DNA from: an uncultured Actinomycetota bacterium
GTDB lineage: Bacteria; Actinomycetota; Actinomycetes; JAHEKZ01
Direction of reading: 5' to 3'
NCBI GenBank assembly: GCA_963743915.1
Contig: CAVURN010000002.1
Span: 338,247 to 402,246 of the forward strand
Length of the DNA stretch: 64,000 nucleotides
Made by a program: the position numbers and the translations under genes. The notes beneath the pieces are model-generated. The model saw only the letters and a list, made by a program, of their open reading frames with translations. It ran no database searches and had not been told where the DNA came from. This document shows positions 1-16,958 of the stretch, in pieces; the first letter of the stretch is position 1; every line of letters begins with the position of its first letter.

Positions 1-472
1 GGCCCCGTGCTACTTGGGAACACACCGGAGAGCCGCTGTCATTTCGTCTACGGGGGTCTTACCCTCTGTGCCGGGCCTTTCGCATGCCCTTCGACTATGA
101 CAACGGTTTCTGACTCTCTGCTGGGATGTCAGTCCCAGCTCGGTGGTCCCACGACCCCGATCATGCAACGCCTGACAGCTGTCACACATGACCGGTTTAG
201 CCTCTTCCGCTTTCGCTCGCCACTACTCACGGAATCGCGGTTGCTTTCTCCTCCTGTGGGTACTGAGATGTTTCACTTCCCCACGTTCCCTCCACTCGCC
301 CTATGTGTTCAGGCGAGGGTGACTGGACATGACTCCAGCCGGGTTTCCCCATTCGGACATCCTCGGATCACAGCTCGTTTGCCAGCTCCCCGAGGCTTTT
401 CGCAGGCTACGACGTCCTTCATCGGCTCCTGATGCCAAGGCATCCACCATGTGCTCTTAGTAACTTGACCAC
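1..472 (-). rRNA. rrl: 23S rRNA, 5' end only (gene continues past the window start)
   Basis: The reverse complement of about 421-470 reads GGTCAAGTTACTAAGAGCACATGGTGGATGCCTTGGCATCAGGAGCCGAT, the canonical 23S 5' domain. Conserved 23S sequence continues to position 1. ORFs listed here are artefacts. Confidence 0.95.
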
Positions 473-2434
<1,962 letters not shown>

Positions 2435-2933
2435 AAACTTTGAGTTGCTGCGGACCGGTCGAGACCGGGCGCAGTGATCCCGCGACCATCGCACGCGATG
2501 GTCGGTTCTCGTTTTGCTCGCATCCACCCGGACGGGGCCGGATGTCACGAGCGCCAAATGCTTGGCATCGCTGTTTGACACACTGTTGAGTTCTCAAGGT
2601 TCGAGCGCGCACTGAGCCAGGCCGTTTCCGGCCGTTTTCAGGGCAACCCAGTCAGGCTACCACCCTTGGCAGGGCGGTCCAAATCGGGTCCGACGGTGCA
2701 GGAGCAGCTCTCGTGAGCGCGCACCTCGCGACGTCGGGACCCGAACGCTAGCACGCGACGCGTGCTGCTCCCCTCGCGGGGTCGGGTCGTTGCTGAGGAC
2801 CACCGACAGTGGTCGTTGTGGTGCTGTGTCACCCGCACGAACCCGCACGATCCAGGGCGCTCGGCGGGGGACGGTGACCGCTCCAGACCGGCCGCACCCG
2901 AGGGGCGTCCGTTCCTCATGGAGGGCGTCGCAG

Positions 2934-2962
2934 ACCCTATGTCGCTGGGGGTGGAGCGTCAA
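2934..2962 (-). promoter_or_regulatory. Candidate rRNA operon promoter (TTGACG-17 nt-TAGGGT)
   Basis: The minus strand reads TTGACG (2962-2957), a 17-nt spacer, then TAGGGT (2939-2934). It sits about 500 nt upstream of the mature 16S 5' end, just downstream of the tyrS stop. Confidence 0.4.
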
Positions 2963-2996
2963 ATGCGTTTTCCGGCGCCGCTCGGGGGGCCGGTGG

Positions 2997-4288
2997 TCAG
3001 ACGACCTCGACGCCTGCCACGGCGCGCTTGCCCCGGCGCAGCACCAGCCAGCGGCCGTGGACGAGGTCGCCGGCCGCCGGCCGGTGGTCGGGGTCGGACT
3101 GCCGGACGTTGTTCAGGTACGCCCCGCCCTCGCTCACCGCACGGCGGGCGGCGGACTTGCTCGGCGAGAGCTCGGTGGCGACCAGCAGGTCCACCAAGGG
3201 CGGCAGCTCACCGGCCGGCACCCGCACGTGTGGCGTCTCGAGAAGTGCAGCACCCAGGGTCTCCGCGTCGAGGCCGGCGAGATCGCCCTTGCCGAACAGG
3301 GCAGCGCTCGCAGCCTCCACCCGTGCCGTGTGGTCTGCGCCGTGCACCAAGGTGGTGAGTTCCTGGGCCAGCGCCCTCTGGCCCGCCCGCAGATGGGGAC
3401 GCTCCCGCGTGTCGCTGTCGAGGCCCTCGATCTGCTCGTGCGGCAGGAAGGTGAACATGCGCAGCAGCCCGGGCACGTCACGGTCGTCGGCGTTGATCCA
3501 GAACTGGTAGAAGGCGTACGGGCTGGTCAGCGCCGGATCGAGCCAGATCGCCCCTCCCTCGGTCTTGCCGAACTTGGTTCCGTCGGACTTGGTGAACAGG
3601 GTCGTGGTCAGCGCGTGCACGCGCTCTCCGGTGACCCGACGGATGAGGTCGACCCCGGCGGTGATGTTGCCCCACTGGTCCGAGCCGCCGGTCTGCAGCA
3701 CGCAATGGTGACGACGGAACAGCTCGAGGTAGTCGTACGACTGAAGCAGCTGGTAGCTGAACTCGGTGTAGCTGATGCCCGCACCGGTCAGGCGCGCGGC
3801 CACCGCCTCCCGGTCGAGCATCCGGTTGACGCTGAAGTGCTTGCCGACGTCACGCAGGAAGTCGAGTGCGGAGAGGGTGGACGTCCACTCGTAGTTGTCG
3901 ACGACGATCGCGCCGGTCACGGCGTCGTCGACGTCGAGGTAGCGCGCCACCTGTCGGCGGATCCGCGTCGACCCACTCCCCGACCACGTCGGCGTCGTTC
4001 AGGGTGCGCTCGGCGGTCATCTTGGGGTCGCCGATCAACCCGGTCGCCCCGCCGACCAAGGCCAAGCGGCCGGTGACCGGAGAGCTGGAACCTGCGCAGG
4101 GTGATCAGCTGCACGAGGTTGCCCAGGTGCAGGCTCGGTCCGGTCGGATCGACTCCGCAGTACAGGGTGAGGGGTCCCTCGTCGAGGGCGGAGCGCAGGG
4201 CGCCGAGGTCGGTGGAGTCGGCGATCAGGCCACGCCAGGTGAGGTCCTCGAGGACGCCGGAGGATGCAGGTGCGGTCACGGGGGTCAT
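2997..4288 (-). pseudogene. tyrS: Tyrosine--tRNA ligase, reading frame broken twice (about 4065 and about 3968)
   Basis: Three minus-strand ORF pieces (3917-4357, 3850-4065, 2997-3950) join into a full TyrRS: MTPVT...[16 protein letters not shown] / [14 protein letters not shown] / RYLDVDD...KFGKTEGGAIWLD...S4-like tail. ATG is at 4288. Confidence 0.92.
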
Positions 4289-4893
4289 CTTGGCGCATCG
4301 GCGCTCACGACCCGGGGGCGGCTGACGGACGGCGCGTCCTGGACCCACCACCGCCACGGCCGGTCGAGCGCCTCCCGGATGCCGATGCGAGGTCCGGAGG
4401 CGACACGCGCAGGGGACACACGTCTGCCGGTCTCCAGCCGCACGGATCCCCCGGCGTCCAGCAGGTCAGATCCGTCGAGGGCCCCGTCGAGGCCGAGGCA
4501 CTTCGCCAGGTTCGCCGGCCCCCGGGCGAGTGCGGCGTCCGAGGCGGCGGTCGGTCGCCGGCTGCGCGCAAGCTCCAGACCCTCGACCACGGCTCCGGCG
4601 CGCAGCAGCACCGCGGACGCCGCACCTGCCGGCCCGGTCACGACGTTGGCGCACCAGTGCATGCCGTACGTGAAGTACACGTACAGCGTGCCGGCCTGCG
4701 CGAACATCGAGGCGTTCCGCCGAGTCGCTCCGCGGTGTGCATGGGAGGCAGGGTCTTCACCTGTCCCGCCATACGCCTCCACCTCGGTCAGCCGGACCGT
4801 CACGGTCCCGTCGTCAGTGGTGTGGGTCAGCAGCGCTCCCAGCAGCCGGGGTGCGACGTCCTCCGCGGGCCTGTTCAGCGCTGAGCGACGCAC
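4285..4893 (-). CDS. DNA-3-methyladenine glycosylase (AAG/Mpg family)
   Basis: ORF 4285-4974. A GTG at about 4893 lies just after the argH stop. Family-typical stretches are EVEAYGG, SHAHRG and [12 protein letters not shown]. Confidence 0.85.
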   Translation of the reverse strand: MRRSALNRPAEDVAPRLLGALLTHTTDDGTVTVRLTEVEAYGGTGEDPASHAHRGATRRNASMFAQAGTLYVYFTYGMHWCANVVTGPAGAASAVLLRAGAVVEGLELARSRRPTAASDAALARGPANLAKCLGLDGALDGSDLLDAGGSVRLETGRRVSPARVASGPRIGIREALDRPWRWWVQDAPSVSRPRVVSADAPR

Positions 4894-4897
4894 GGCA

Positions 4898-7552
<2,655 letters not shown>

Positions 7553-7553
<1 letters not shown>

Positions 7554-8140
7554 CAGGTTCTCCCTTTGCTGGAGGGCTCTGTTGCGAGCCCGACGGTGAC
7601 AGCCCCGACGGTGACAGCGGAGTGCGGCTCGAGCCCGGTGCGGGCACGCTCCGCGGCGGCGAGCAGCTCGTCGGCGACGTTGGCGCCGCCGTCCGGCTCT
7701 CGCGTCACGAGCAGGACGGTGTCGTCACCGGCGATGGTGCCGATCACCGAGCTGAGCAGGCTGTGGTCGATCGAGGACGCCAGGAAGTGGGCCCCTCCCG
7801 GGGGTGTCCGCAGGACCACGAGGTTCCCGGAGTGGTCGGCGGACACCAGGAGCTCCGCCAGTCGACGCACCATGCGTTCCATGGCGGCGTGCTCCTCCTC
7901 CGACGCCACCGAGGCGCGCGCGCCACCCTCCGGTGGCACCGCGTAGACCAGGTGCCCGTCGGACGTGCGGACACGAACGGCGCCGAGCTCGTCGAGGTCG
8001 CGGGACAAGGTCGCCTGTGTCACGGCCACGCCGTCGTCGGCCAGCAGTCGCGCGAGCTCGGACTGCGAGCGGATCTCGTGACGACCCAGGAGCTCGACGA
8101 CCCGCTGCTGACGCGCGGCCTTGGTGCGGGGCAGGGTCAT
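7553..8140 (-). CDS. argR: Arginine repressor
   Basis: C-terminal 195 aa of ORF 7553-9310, starting [18 protein letters not shown]. It has a winged-helix N-domain ([22 protein letters not shown]) and a C-domain ([12 protein letters not shown]). The ATG overlaps the in-frame argB stop (ATGA). Confidence 0.9.
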
Positions 8141-9034
8141 CGGCTGACCTCCTCGAGCGGGTCCGCCAGCACGAGGGTGCCGATCCCCTCGTCGGTGAAG
8201 ACCTCGAGCAGCAGGGCGTGCGGCGACCCGCCCGTCGAGGACGTGCGCCCGCTCCACCCCCCCATCGACTGCAGACAGGCACGCTGTCATCTTCGGGATC
8301 ATCCCGGCCTGGAGGGTAGGGACCATCGTCCGCAGCTCCGAGGCGCTGATCTCGCTGATCAGCGACGACTCGTCGGGCCAGTCGGCGTACAGCCCGGGCA
8401 CGTCGGTGAGCACCACGAGCTTGTCCGCGGCCAGCTGCACGGCCAGCGCGGCTGCGGCGGTGTCGGCATTGAGGTTGTACGTGAGCCCGTCCTCACCCCG
8501 GGCCACGCTCGAGACCACGGGGACCAGGCCGTCGTCGAGGACGGTGCGCACGAACCCGTCGTCGACCGCCACGAGCTCTCCCACGTGGCCGAGGTCCACT
8601 TCTTCCCCGTCGTCGGCGACGACACGCCTGCGCGCCGTGAACAGGTGGGCGTCCTCACCCGACATGCCGACGGCAAGCGGCCCGTGCTGGTTGATGAGCC
8701 CGACCACCTGCCGCTGCACCTGGCCGGTGAGCACCATCCGCACGACGTCCATCGCCTCGGGGGTGGTGACCCGGAGCCCACCGACGAACTCCGACGGGAC
8801 GCCCAGCGTGTCGAGCATGGCCGAGATCTGCGGCCCGCCGCCGTGCACGACCACCGGTCGCAGGCCCACCCGGCGCAGGAACACGACGTCCGCAGCGAAG
8901 GACGCCTGCAGCTCGGGATCGACCATCGCGTGGCCGCCGTACTTCACGACAACCGTCGCGCCGCTGTACCGCTCGAGCCAGGGCAGGGCCTCGGCGAGGG
9001 TGGCGGCCTTCACGGCGAGCGAGGGCGTGGTCAT
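8137..9034 (-). pseudogene. argB: Acetylglutamate kinase, one frame break (about 8223) that fuses it in silico to argR
   Basis: Reads [44 protein letters not shown], then slips. The +1 frame reads [18 protein letters not shown]...SR* and ends at about 8137. Confidence 0.9.
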
Positions 9035-10260
9035 GACGAGTACGCCGAGTTCTCGTGCACGTAGGCAGCGGTCAGGTCGTTGGTCCAGACGTGCCCCTCG
9101 GCGTCCCCCGCCCCGAGGTCCACGTCGACCGTGACCCAGGCGTCGCGCATGTCCACCTGGGGCAGCGTCCCGGAGGCCGCCGCACCTCCCGCGGCGACGG
9201 TGACACCGTTGATCGCCACGTCGACCTGGTGAGGATCGAACTCCGCCTCCGTGGTGCCGACCGCAGCCAGCACCCGGCCCCAGTTCGGATCCTCTCCGTG
9301 GACCGCGCACTTGAACAGGTTGCTGCGCGCCACCGACCGGGCCACCGTGACCGCATCGTCGCGTGACACCGCGCCGCGCACCCGGATCTCGATCTGCTTG
9401 GTGGCGCCCTCGGCATCGGCGAGAAGCTGCAGCGCGAGGTCACCGCACACAGCGGCCAAGGCCTCGGTGAACGCTGCTTCGTCGAGGTCGCGCCCGACCA
9501 GGCTCCCGGACGCGCCGCTGGCGAGGACGAGCACGGTGTCGTTCGTCGACATGCACCCGTCGGAGTCCAGACGGTCGAACGTCCCGGAGACGGCCGACCG
9601 GAGCGCGGCGTCCAGCGTGGCCGGCGCCGCGTCGGCGTCGGTGGTGATCACGGCGAGCATCGTGGCCAGCCCGGGGGCCAGCATCCCTGCTCCCTTGGCC
9701 ATGCCGCTGACCGTGACTCCTTGCACCGAGACGGTCGCGGTCTTCGGGCGGGTGTCGGTCGTCAGGATCGCGCCCGCGGCGTCGGCACCTCCCGCGGGCC
9801 GCAGGGCGGCAGCCGCAGCGGCGACACCGGCACTGAGGCGCTGCACCGGGAGCCGCACCCCGATGAGCCCGGTCGAGCACACGGCGACGTCCTGCGCATC
9901 GCACCCGAGCTGCGCAGCGACGGCGTGCGCCGTCATGACGACGTCCGCCTCGCCGGCAGCGCCCGTGCATGCGTTGGCGCCCCCGGAGTTCAGGACCACC
10001 GCGCGCAGTCTCCCGTCGGCCACCACGCGACGCGTCCAGACGACCGGTGCCGCCTGGACCCGGTTGCGCGTCAGCACGGCAGCAGCGGCATGCACCGGCC
10101 CGTCGTTGACCACCAGGGCGACATCCAGCGCACCCGACTGCTTGAGGCCGGCGGCCACGCCGGCGGCCCGGAACCCGGACGGCTCGGTGACCCCTGCGGT
10201 GTCCCGGGCGACGGGGACCCCGGCGACGGTGAACGGTGTCGGCGGCCTCGTCTTGTTCAT
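9031..10260 (-). CDS. argJ: Bifunctional ornithine acetyltransferase / N-acetylglutamate synthase
   Basis: ORF 9031-10458 trimmed to MNKTRPP (ATG at about 10260, after the argC stop). Contains the autoprocessing site [13 protein letters not shown] and the conserved C-terminus [11 protein letters not shown]. Confidence 0.94.
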   Translation of the reverse strand: MNKTRPPTPFTVAGVPVARDTAGVTEPSGFRAAGVAAGLKQSGALDVALVVNDGPVHAAAAVLTRNRVQAAPVVWTRRVVADGRLRAVVLNSGGANACTGAAGEADVVMTAHAVAAQLGCDAQDVAVCSTGLIGVRLPVQRLSAGVAAAAAALRPAGGADAAGAILTTDTRPKTATVSVQGVTVSGMAKGAGMLAPGLATMLAVITTDADAAPATLDAALRSAVSGTFDRLDSDGCMSTNDTVLVLASGASGSLVGRDLDEAAFTEALAAVCGDLALQLLADAEGATKQIEIRVRGAVSRDDAVTVARSVARSNLFKCAVHGEDPNWGRVLAAVGTTEAEFDPHQVDVAINGVTVAAGGAAASGTLPQVDMRDAWVTVDVDLGAGDAEGHVWTNDLTAAYVHENSAYSS

Positions 10261-11291
10261 GGCGCCACCCCCTCGACGGACAGACCCGAGCCCTCCGGAA
10301 GGCCGAGGGCGAGGTTGGCGTTCTGCACCGCCTGCCCAGCGGCCCCCTTGACCAAGTTGTCGATGGCCGACACCACGACGACGCGGCCGGCGACCTCGTC
10401 GACCGCCACCTGCAGGTGGACCGCGTTGCTGCCCACCACGTCCGCGGTCCGCGGCCACGATCCCTCAGGCAGCAGGTGCACGAAGCGCTCGTCGTCGTAC
10501 GCGGCGTGCAGCGCGTCCCGGACCTGCGCGGTCGTGACGCCCGGCACGGCCGGCGCCGAAGTGGTGGCCAGGATCCCGCGCGGCATCGGAGCCAGCACAG
10601 GGGTGAAGGAGACCGTCACCGGGCGGTCGGCCGCGGCGCTGAGCGTCTGCGCCATCTCCGGTGTGTGCTGGTGGGCGCCCCCCGCCTTGTAGGCGGACAG
10701 AGAACCCATCACCTCGCTGCCGAGCAGGTGGGCGGAGGCGCTGCGGCCGGCGCCCGAGGTGCCGGAGGCGGCCACGACCACGACGTCCCGGGGCTCGGCC
10801 AGGCCGGCCGCCAGCACCGGACTCATGCCGAGCGCCACACCCGTGGGGTAGCAGCCCGGGTTGGCGATCTGCCGGGACGAGGCGATGGCCGCCCGGGCAC
10901 CCGGGAGCTCCGGCAGACCGTACGTCCAGGCCCCCGCGTAGGGACCCCCGTAGTAGCCGGCCCAGGCGTCGGCGTCGGTGAGGCGGTGGTCGGCCCCGAG
11001 GTCCACCACCAACGGAGCGTCCGGCGGCAACCCGGCCGTGAGGGCACCGGAGTGGCCGTGCGGCAGCGCGAGGAAGAGCACGTCGACGTCGTGCGGCAAC
11101 CCGTCGTCGATCGGCGTGATGGGCCGATCGGCCAGCGACGGCAGATGGCGGTGCACCGCGCCGACCGCCTGACCCGCCGACGACGCCCCGAGGAGCGGCC
11201 CGACCTCCAGGGCGGGGTGGCCGACGAGCAGCCGCAGCAGCTCGCCTCCGGCATAGCCGGAGGCGCCCGCAACGGCCGCCGTGAGAGTCAC
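10257..11291 (-). CDS. argC: N-acetyl-gamma-glutamyl-phosphate reductase
   Basis: GTG at about 11291 ([22 protein letters not shown]). Contains the active-site region IANPGCYPT. Stop is at 10257. Confidence 0.93.
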   Translation of the reverse strand: MTLTAAVAGASGYAGGELLRLLVGHPALEVGPLLGASSAGQAVGAVHRHLPSLADRPITPIDDGLPHDVDVLFLALPHGHSGALTAGLPPDAPLVVDLGADHRLTDADAWAGYYGGPYAGAWTYGLPELPGARAAIASSRQIANPGCYPTGVALGMSPVLAAGLAEPRDVVVVAASGTSGAGRSASAHLLGSEVMGSLSAYKAGGAHQHTPEMAQTLSAAADRPVTVSFTPVLAPMPRGILATTSAPAVPGVTTAQVRDALHAAYDDERFVHLLPEGSWPRTADVVGSNAVHLQVAVDEVAGRVVVVSAIDNLVKGAAGQAVQNANLALGLPEGSGLSVEGVAP

Positions 11292-11298
11292 CTGCAGA

Positions 11299-11320
11299 AC
11301 TATACAGATGGCTGCATGAT
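11299..11320 (-). promoter_or_regulatory. Candidate leaderless argC promoter (-10 TATAGT) overlapped by an ARG-box-like imperfect palindrome
   Basis: An AT-rich island in the 46-nt gap between the RDD-gene stop and the argC GTG. The minus strand reads ATGCAG-CCAT-CTGTAT followed by TATAGT, then 7 nt, then GTG. Confidence 0.45.
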
Positions 11321-11337
11321 ACTGCGAAGGGAGGTCG

Positions 11338-11928
11338 TCACCGAGCGTCCGGGAGTCGCTCTTCGATGGAGACCTCGACCACCCAGACCCCTGTCGCCCG
11401 GTCCCACAGCGTCCTGCGCCCGGGTGCGACGACCACGAGCCAACCGACGAGTACCGCCAGAGGCGCGCCCAGCCCGGCCACAGTCCACGAGCCGACGAAC
11501 GCGAGCAGACCGACCAGCCACCACCGCAGTACCAGGCGAAGTCGCGCCACGGTCGCATCCGGGTCATCGCCGTCGGACACGCGCCGGGGCAGCAGGTTCA
11601 TGATGCGCATCCCAACGGTCCTGCCCTCGCTGTCGAGCGCACCCGACATCAGCGCCAGGGCCACCAGGGCGACCGCCAGCACGAGCAGCCCGTACCAGAG
11701 GGGCACGGGATTCGTCGACTCCTCCAACCGCGTCTCGCACAGCCGGTAGGCCGAGCAGGCTCCCGACCGGTACTGCCTGACGCTGAGGTCGAGGGGGAAC
11801 AGCAGTGTCAGCCAGGCGAAGATCGCGAACACCGCGAAGATCAGGACGCCGCCGACCAGCAGGTCAATGAGGGTCTGCAGCCCCCTCACCCGCACCGATG
11901 CCGCCCGGTACGTCCTGACCAGTGACAT
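11338..11928 (-). CDS. RDD-family membrane protein
   Basis: 196 aa with several hydrophobic helices and a C-terminal [15 protein letters not shown] stretch typical of RDD-domain proteins. Confidence 0.7.
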   Translation of the reverse strand: MSLVRTYRAASVRVRGLQTLIDLLVGGVLIFAVFAIFAWLTLLFPLDLSVRQYRSGACSAYRLCETRLEESTNPVPLWYGLLVLAVALVALALMSGALDSEGRTVGMRIMNLLPRRVSDGDDPDATVARLRLVLRWWLVGLLAFVGSWTVAGLGAPLAVLVGWLVVVAPGRRTLWDRATGVWVVEVSIEERLPDAR

Positions 11929-11963
11929 GCACGGACGCTAGCAGCGCTGCACCTGGCTCGATG

Positions 11964-14470
11964 TCAGGCGCGGAGGACCGCTCCGGTGCTCCGCGCCGCC
12001 TCAGCGAGGGCGTCGGCGCGCACCTGCGCGACCTCGTCGGGCGTCAGCGTGCGGTCCGGTGCGCGCAGGCGCAGCGCGAACGCCAACGACCGGTGACCGG
12101 TCGGCACCTGCTCGCCCTCGTAGACGTCGAAGAGGCGCACGGACTCCACGAGCTCGCCTCCCCCTCGCCGCAGGGCGGTCGCGACGTCGACGGACAGGAC
12201 GTCCTCGGGCACGACCAGCGCCAGGTCCTCCTTGGCCACCGGGAAGGTCGAGAACCGCGGTGCCGGGAGCACGACCTCCTCGTCCGTGGCCAGAAGGTCC
12301 AGCTCGACCTCCATCGCGCACGTGCGCTCCGGGAGGCTGAAGGCGTTCACGACGTGCGGGTGCAGCTCGCCGGCGTGACCGACCACCCGTCCGTCGACGC
12401 TCAGCGCGGCGCAACGCCCGGGATGCCAGGGCGCGTGGGCGTCCGGTGCGACGGTGAGCTCGACGCCGCACGCCTCGGCGACGAGGTGCGCCGCGTCCAC
12501 CGCGTCACCCCAGGCGACGGGACGCCCCGCGCCCCACCATCCCGAGGTCTCGCGCTCGCCGGCGAGCAGCACCGCGACGCGGCGTGGCTGCCGCGGGAGC
12601 AGGGCCTCGACCGCCGCGAGCTCGTCGGCGTTGGGACGGCGGTCGACGACAGGACGCGGCGGTGCCCCGTCTGCGCCCGCGGCGTCCGGTCGGAACACCA
12701 GGCCGGTCTCGAAGAGCGCGAGGCTGTCGGTGCCGCGGCCCAGGTTGCGTCGTGCGACGCCGAAGAGCCCCGGCAGCAGGGTCGTGCGCAGCTCCGGCTC
12801 CTCCTCCGACAGCGGGTTGGCCAGGCGCAACACGCGACGTCGGGCGTCGTCGTCCGGCAGTCCCATCTGGTCGAGCACCTCAGGAGCCAGAAACGGGTAC
12901 GCCTGCACCTCCACGTACCCGGCGCCGGCGAGGGCCAGGCCCACCCGGCGGCGCAGCCGTTGCTGCAGCGTGAGCCCCGAGCTGACAGGCGCGGGCGGCA
13001 GCTCGGACGGAATGTGCTGGTACCCGTGCAGCCGGGCGACCTCCTCGATGAGGTCCGCGGGGACCGACAGGTCCGGCCGCCACGTGGGCGGAGTCACCGT
13101 GAGCAGCTCGTCCCCCTGGCGCTCGACGGCGCACCCCACGGCCGTCAGGTGGTGGACCACCTCGTCGTCGCTGAAGGGAATCCCCACCAGCGCGCCGACC
13201 TGCACCGAGGTGATCGGCACCCGTTCCGGCGCCGAGACGGCGCCGACGACGGTGCGTCCCGGCACCACATGGGCACCGCCGAGCTCGCGGAGCAGCGTCG
13301 CCACCCGTTCTGCGGCCGCCTCCTGCAGCGCGGTGTCCACGCCTCGGGCGAAGCGTCGGGACGCCTCGCTCGGCAGCTTGTGGCGGCGCGCGCTGCGGGA
13401 GATGCCCGCCGGCTCGAAGTGCGCGGCCTCGATGACCACGTCGGTGCTGGTGGCGTCGATCTCGGTGGACGCGCCGCCCATCACCCCCGCGATGCCGATG
13501 GGGCCGGAGTCGTCGGTGATGAGCAGGTCGTCGGCGTCCAGCGTGCGGACGACGTCGTCGAGCGTGCGCAGCTTCTCCCCGGCGGCGGCGCGGCGCACCA
13601 CGATCGCGCCGGACAACCGGCTGCGGTCGTAGGCGTGCAGCGGCTGGCCGGTCTCCAGCATCACGTAGTTCGTGACGTCGACGGGCAGCGAGATCGGTCG
13701 CATGCCGCAGAGCCGGAGCCGCTGCTGCATCCAGTGCGGGGTGGGAGCGGTCGCGTCCAGCCCGGTCACGGTGCGCATCACGAACCGGTCGCACCCCAGG
13801 GGGTCACGCACCTCGACCGGCCACGACGGCTCGTCCTCGGGCGGCGGAGCCACGACCGGGTCGCGGAACGGCAGGTCGAACGCCCCGGCCACCTCGCGCG
13901 CCACTCCGCGCAGCGACAGCGCGTAGCCGCGGTCAGGGGTGACGGCGATGTCGAGCACGTCGTCGCGCAGCCCCAGCGCCTCGACGGCGTCGTCGCCCGG
14001 AGCACCCACGTCGGCGGACAGCACCCAGATGCCGTCGTGGTCCTCGCCGACGTCCAGCTCACGAGGTGAGCAGATCATCCCGTCGGACACGTGGCCATAG
14101 GTCTTGCGGGCGGCGATGGCGAAGCCACCAGGAAGCACAGCCCCGGGGAGCGCCACCACGACCAGGTCGCCGTCGGCGAAGTTGCGGGCGCCGCAGACGA
14201 CGCCCCGGCCGTCCGGCTCGCCCTCCGCCCCGGCCTCGTTGTGAGAGCCGACGTCCACCCGGCACCAGCGCACCGTCTTGCCGTTGGAGTGGGTCTCCTC
14301 GGTGAACGTCAGGACCCGACCGAGCACCAGCGGTCCGACGATGTCGGCGCCGACCTGGTCGACGGTCTCCACCTCGAGTCCGACGGCGATCAGCCGCTCG
14401 GCCACTTCGCGCGCCGCGACGCCTGGTGGCAGGTCGACGACCTCACGCAGCCACGAGAGCGGGACGCGCA

Positions 14471-14471
<1 letters not shown>
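11964..14471 (-). CDS. pheT: Phenylalanine--tRNA ligase beta subunit
   Basis: 835 aa, starts MRVPLSWLRE, uninterrupted, with full-length PheT-like sequence. The start overlaps the pheS stop. Confidence 0.95.
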
Positions 14472-16668
<2,197 letters not shown>

Positions 16669-16760
16669 GGCCGGATTGTGCCAGTCGGTCGCCCCGGGGC
16701 CATGCCGCCGCACGGGGGTCGTCGCGCTGTCACGTGACGACGCAGGCGAGGATTTGTTCG

Positions 16761-16806
16761 GCGTGATGGCTGCGGGCGTGATGGCTGCGGGGCGTGATGG
16801 CCTCGA
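16761..16806. repeat. Three tandem copies of a 15-16-nt unit (GCGTGATGGCTGCGG)
   Basis: Reads GCGTGATGGCTGCGG GCGTGATGGCTGCGGG GCGTGATGGCCTCGAG, in the divergent intergenic region between the kinase start and the HNH-gene promoter. Confidence 0.8.
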
Positions 16807-16824
16807 GAAAGTTGTGCGCAGGGG

Positions 16825-16868
16825 TTGCGTGGGTGAGGTCTGTCACCTACAATCGAACATACGTTCGA
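16825..16868 (+). promoter_or_regulatory. Promoter TTGCGT-17-TACAAT with a perfect LexA SOS box TCGAACATACGTTCGA
   Basis: TTGCGT is at 16825-16830 and TACAAT at 16848-16853. TCGAAC-ATAC-GTTCGA is at 16853-16868. Positions were cross-checked against the translation of ORF 16843-17145. Confidence 0.8.
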
Positions 16869-16958
16869 AGCGATCAGCACCACCCGAGAGAGCAGTTGTC
16901 GAGCAGATGAGTCCTTCCGCTTCGAGGCCCTGCTCCGACTCCTCTCCGGTGGTCCTGC

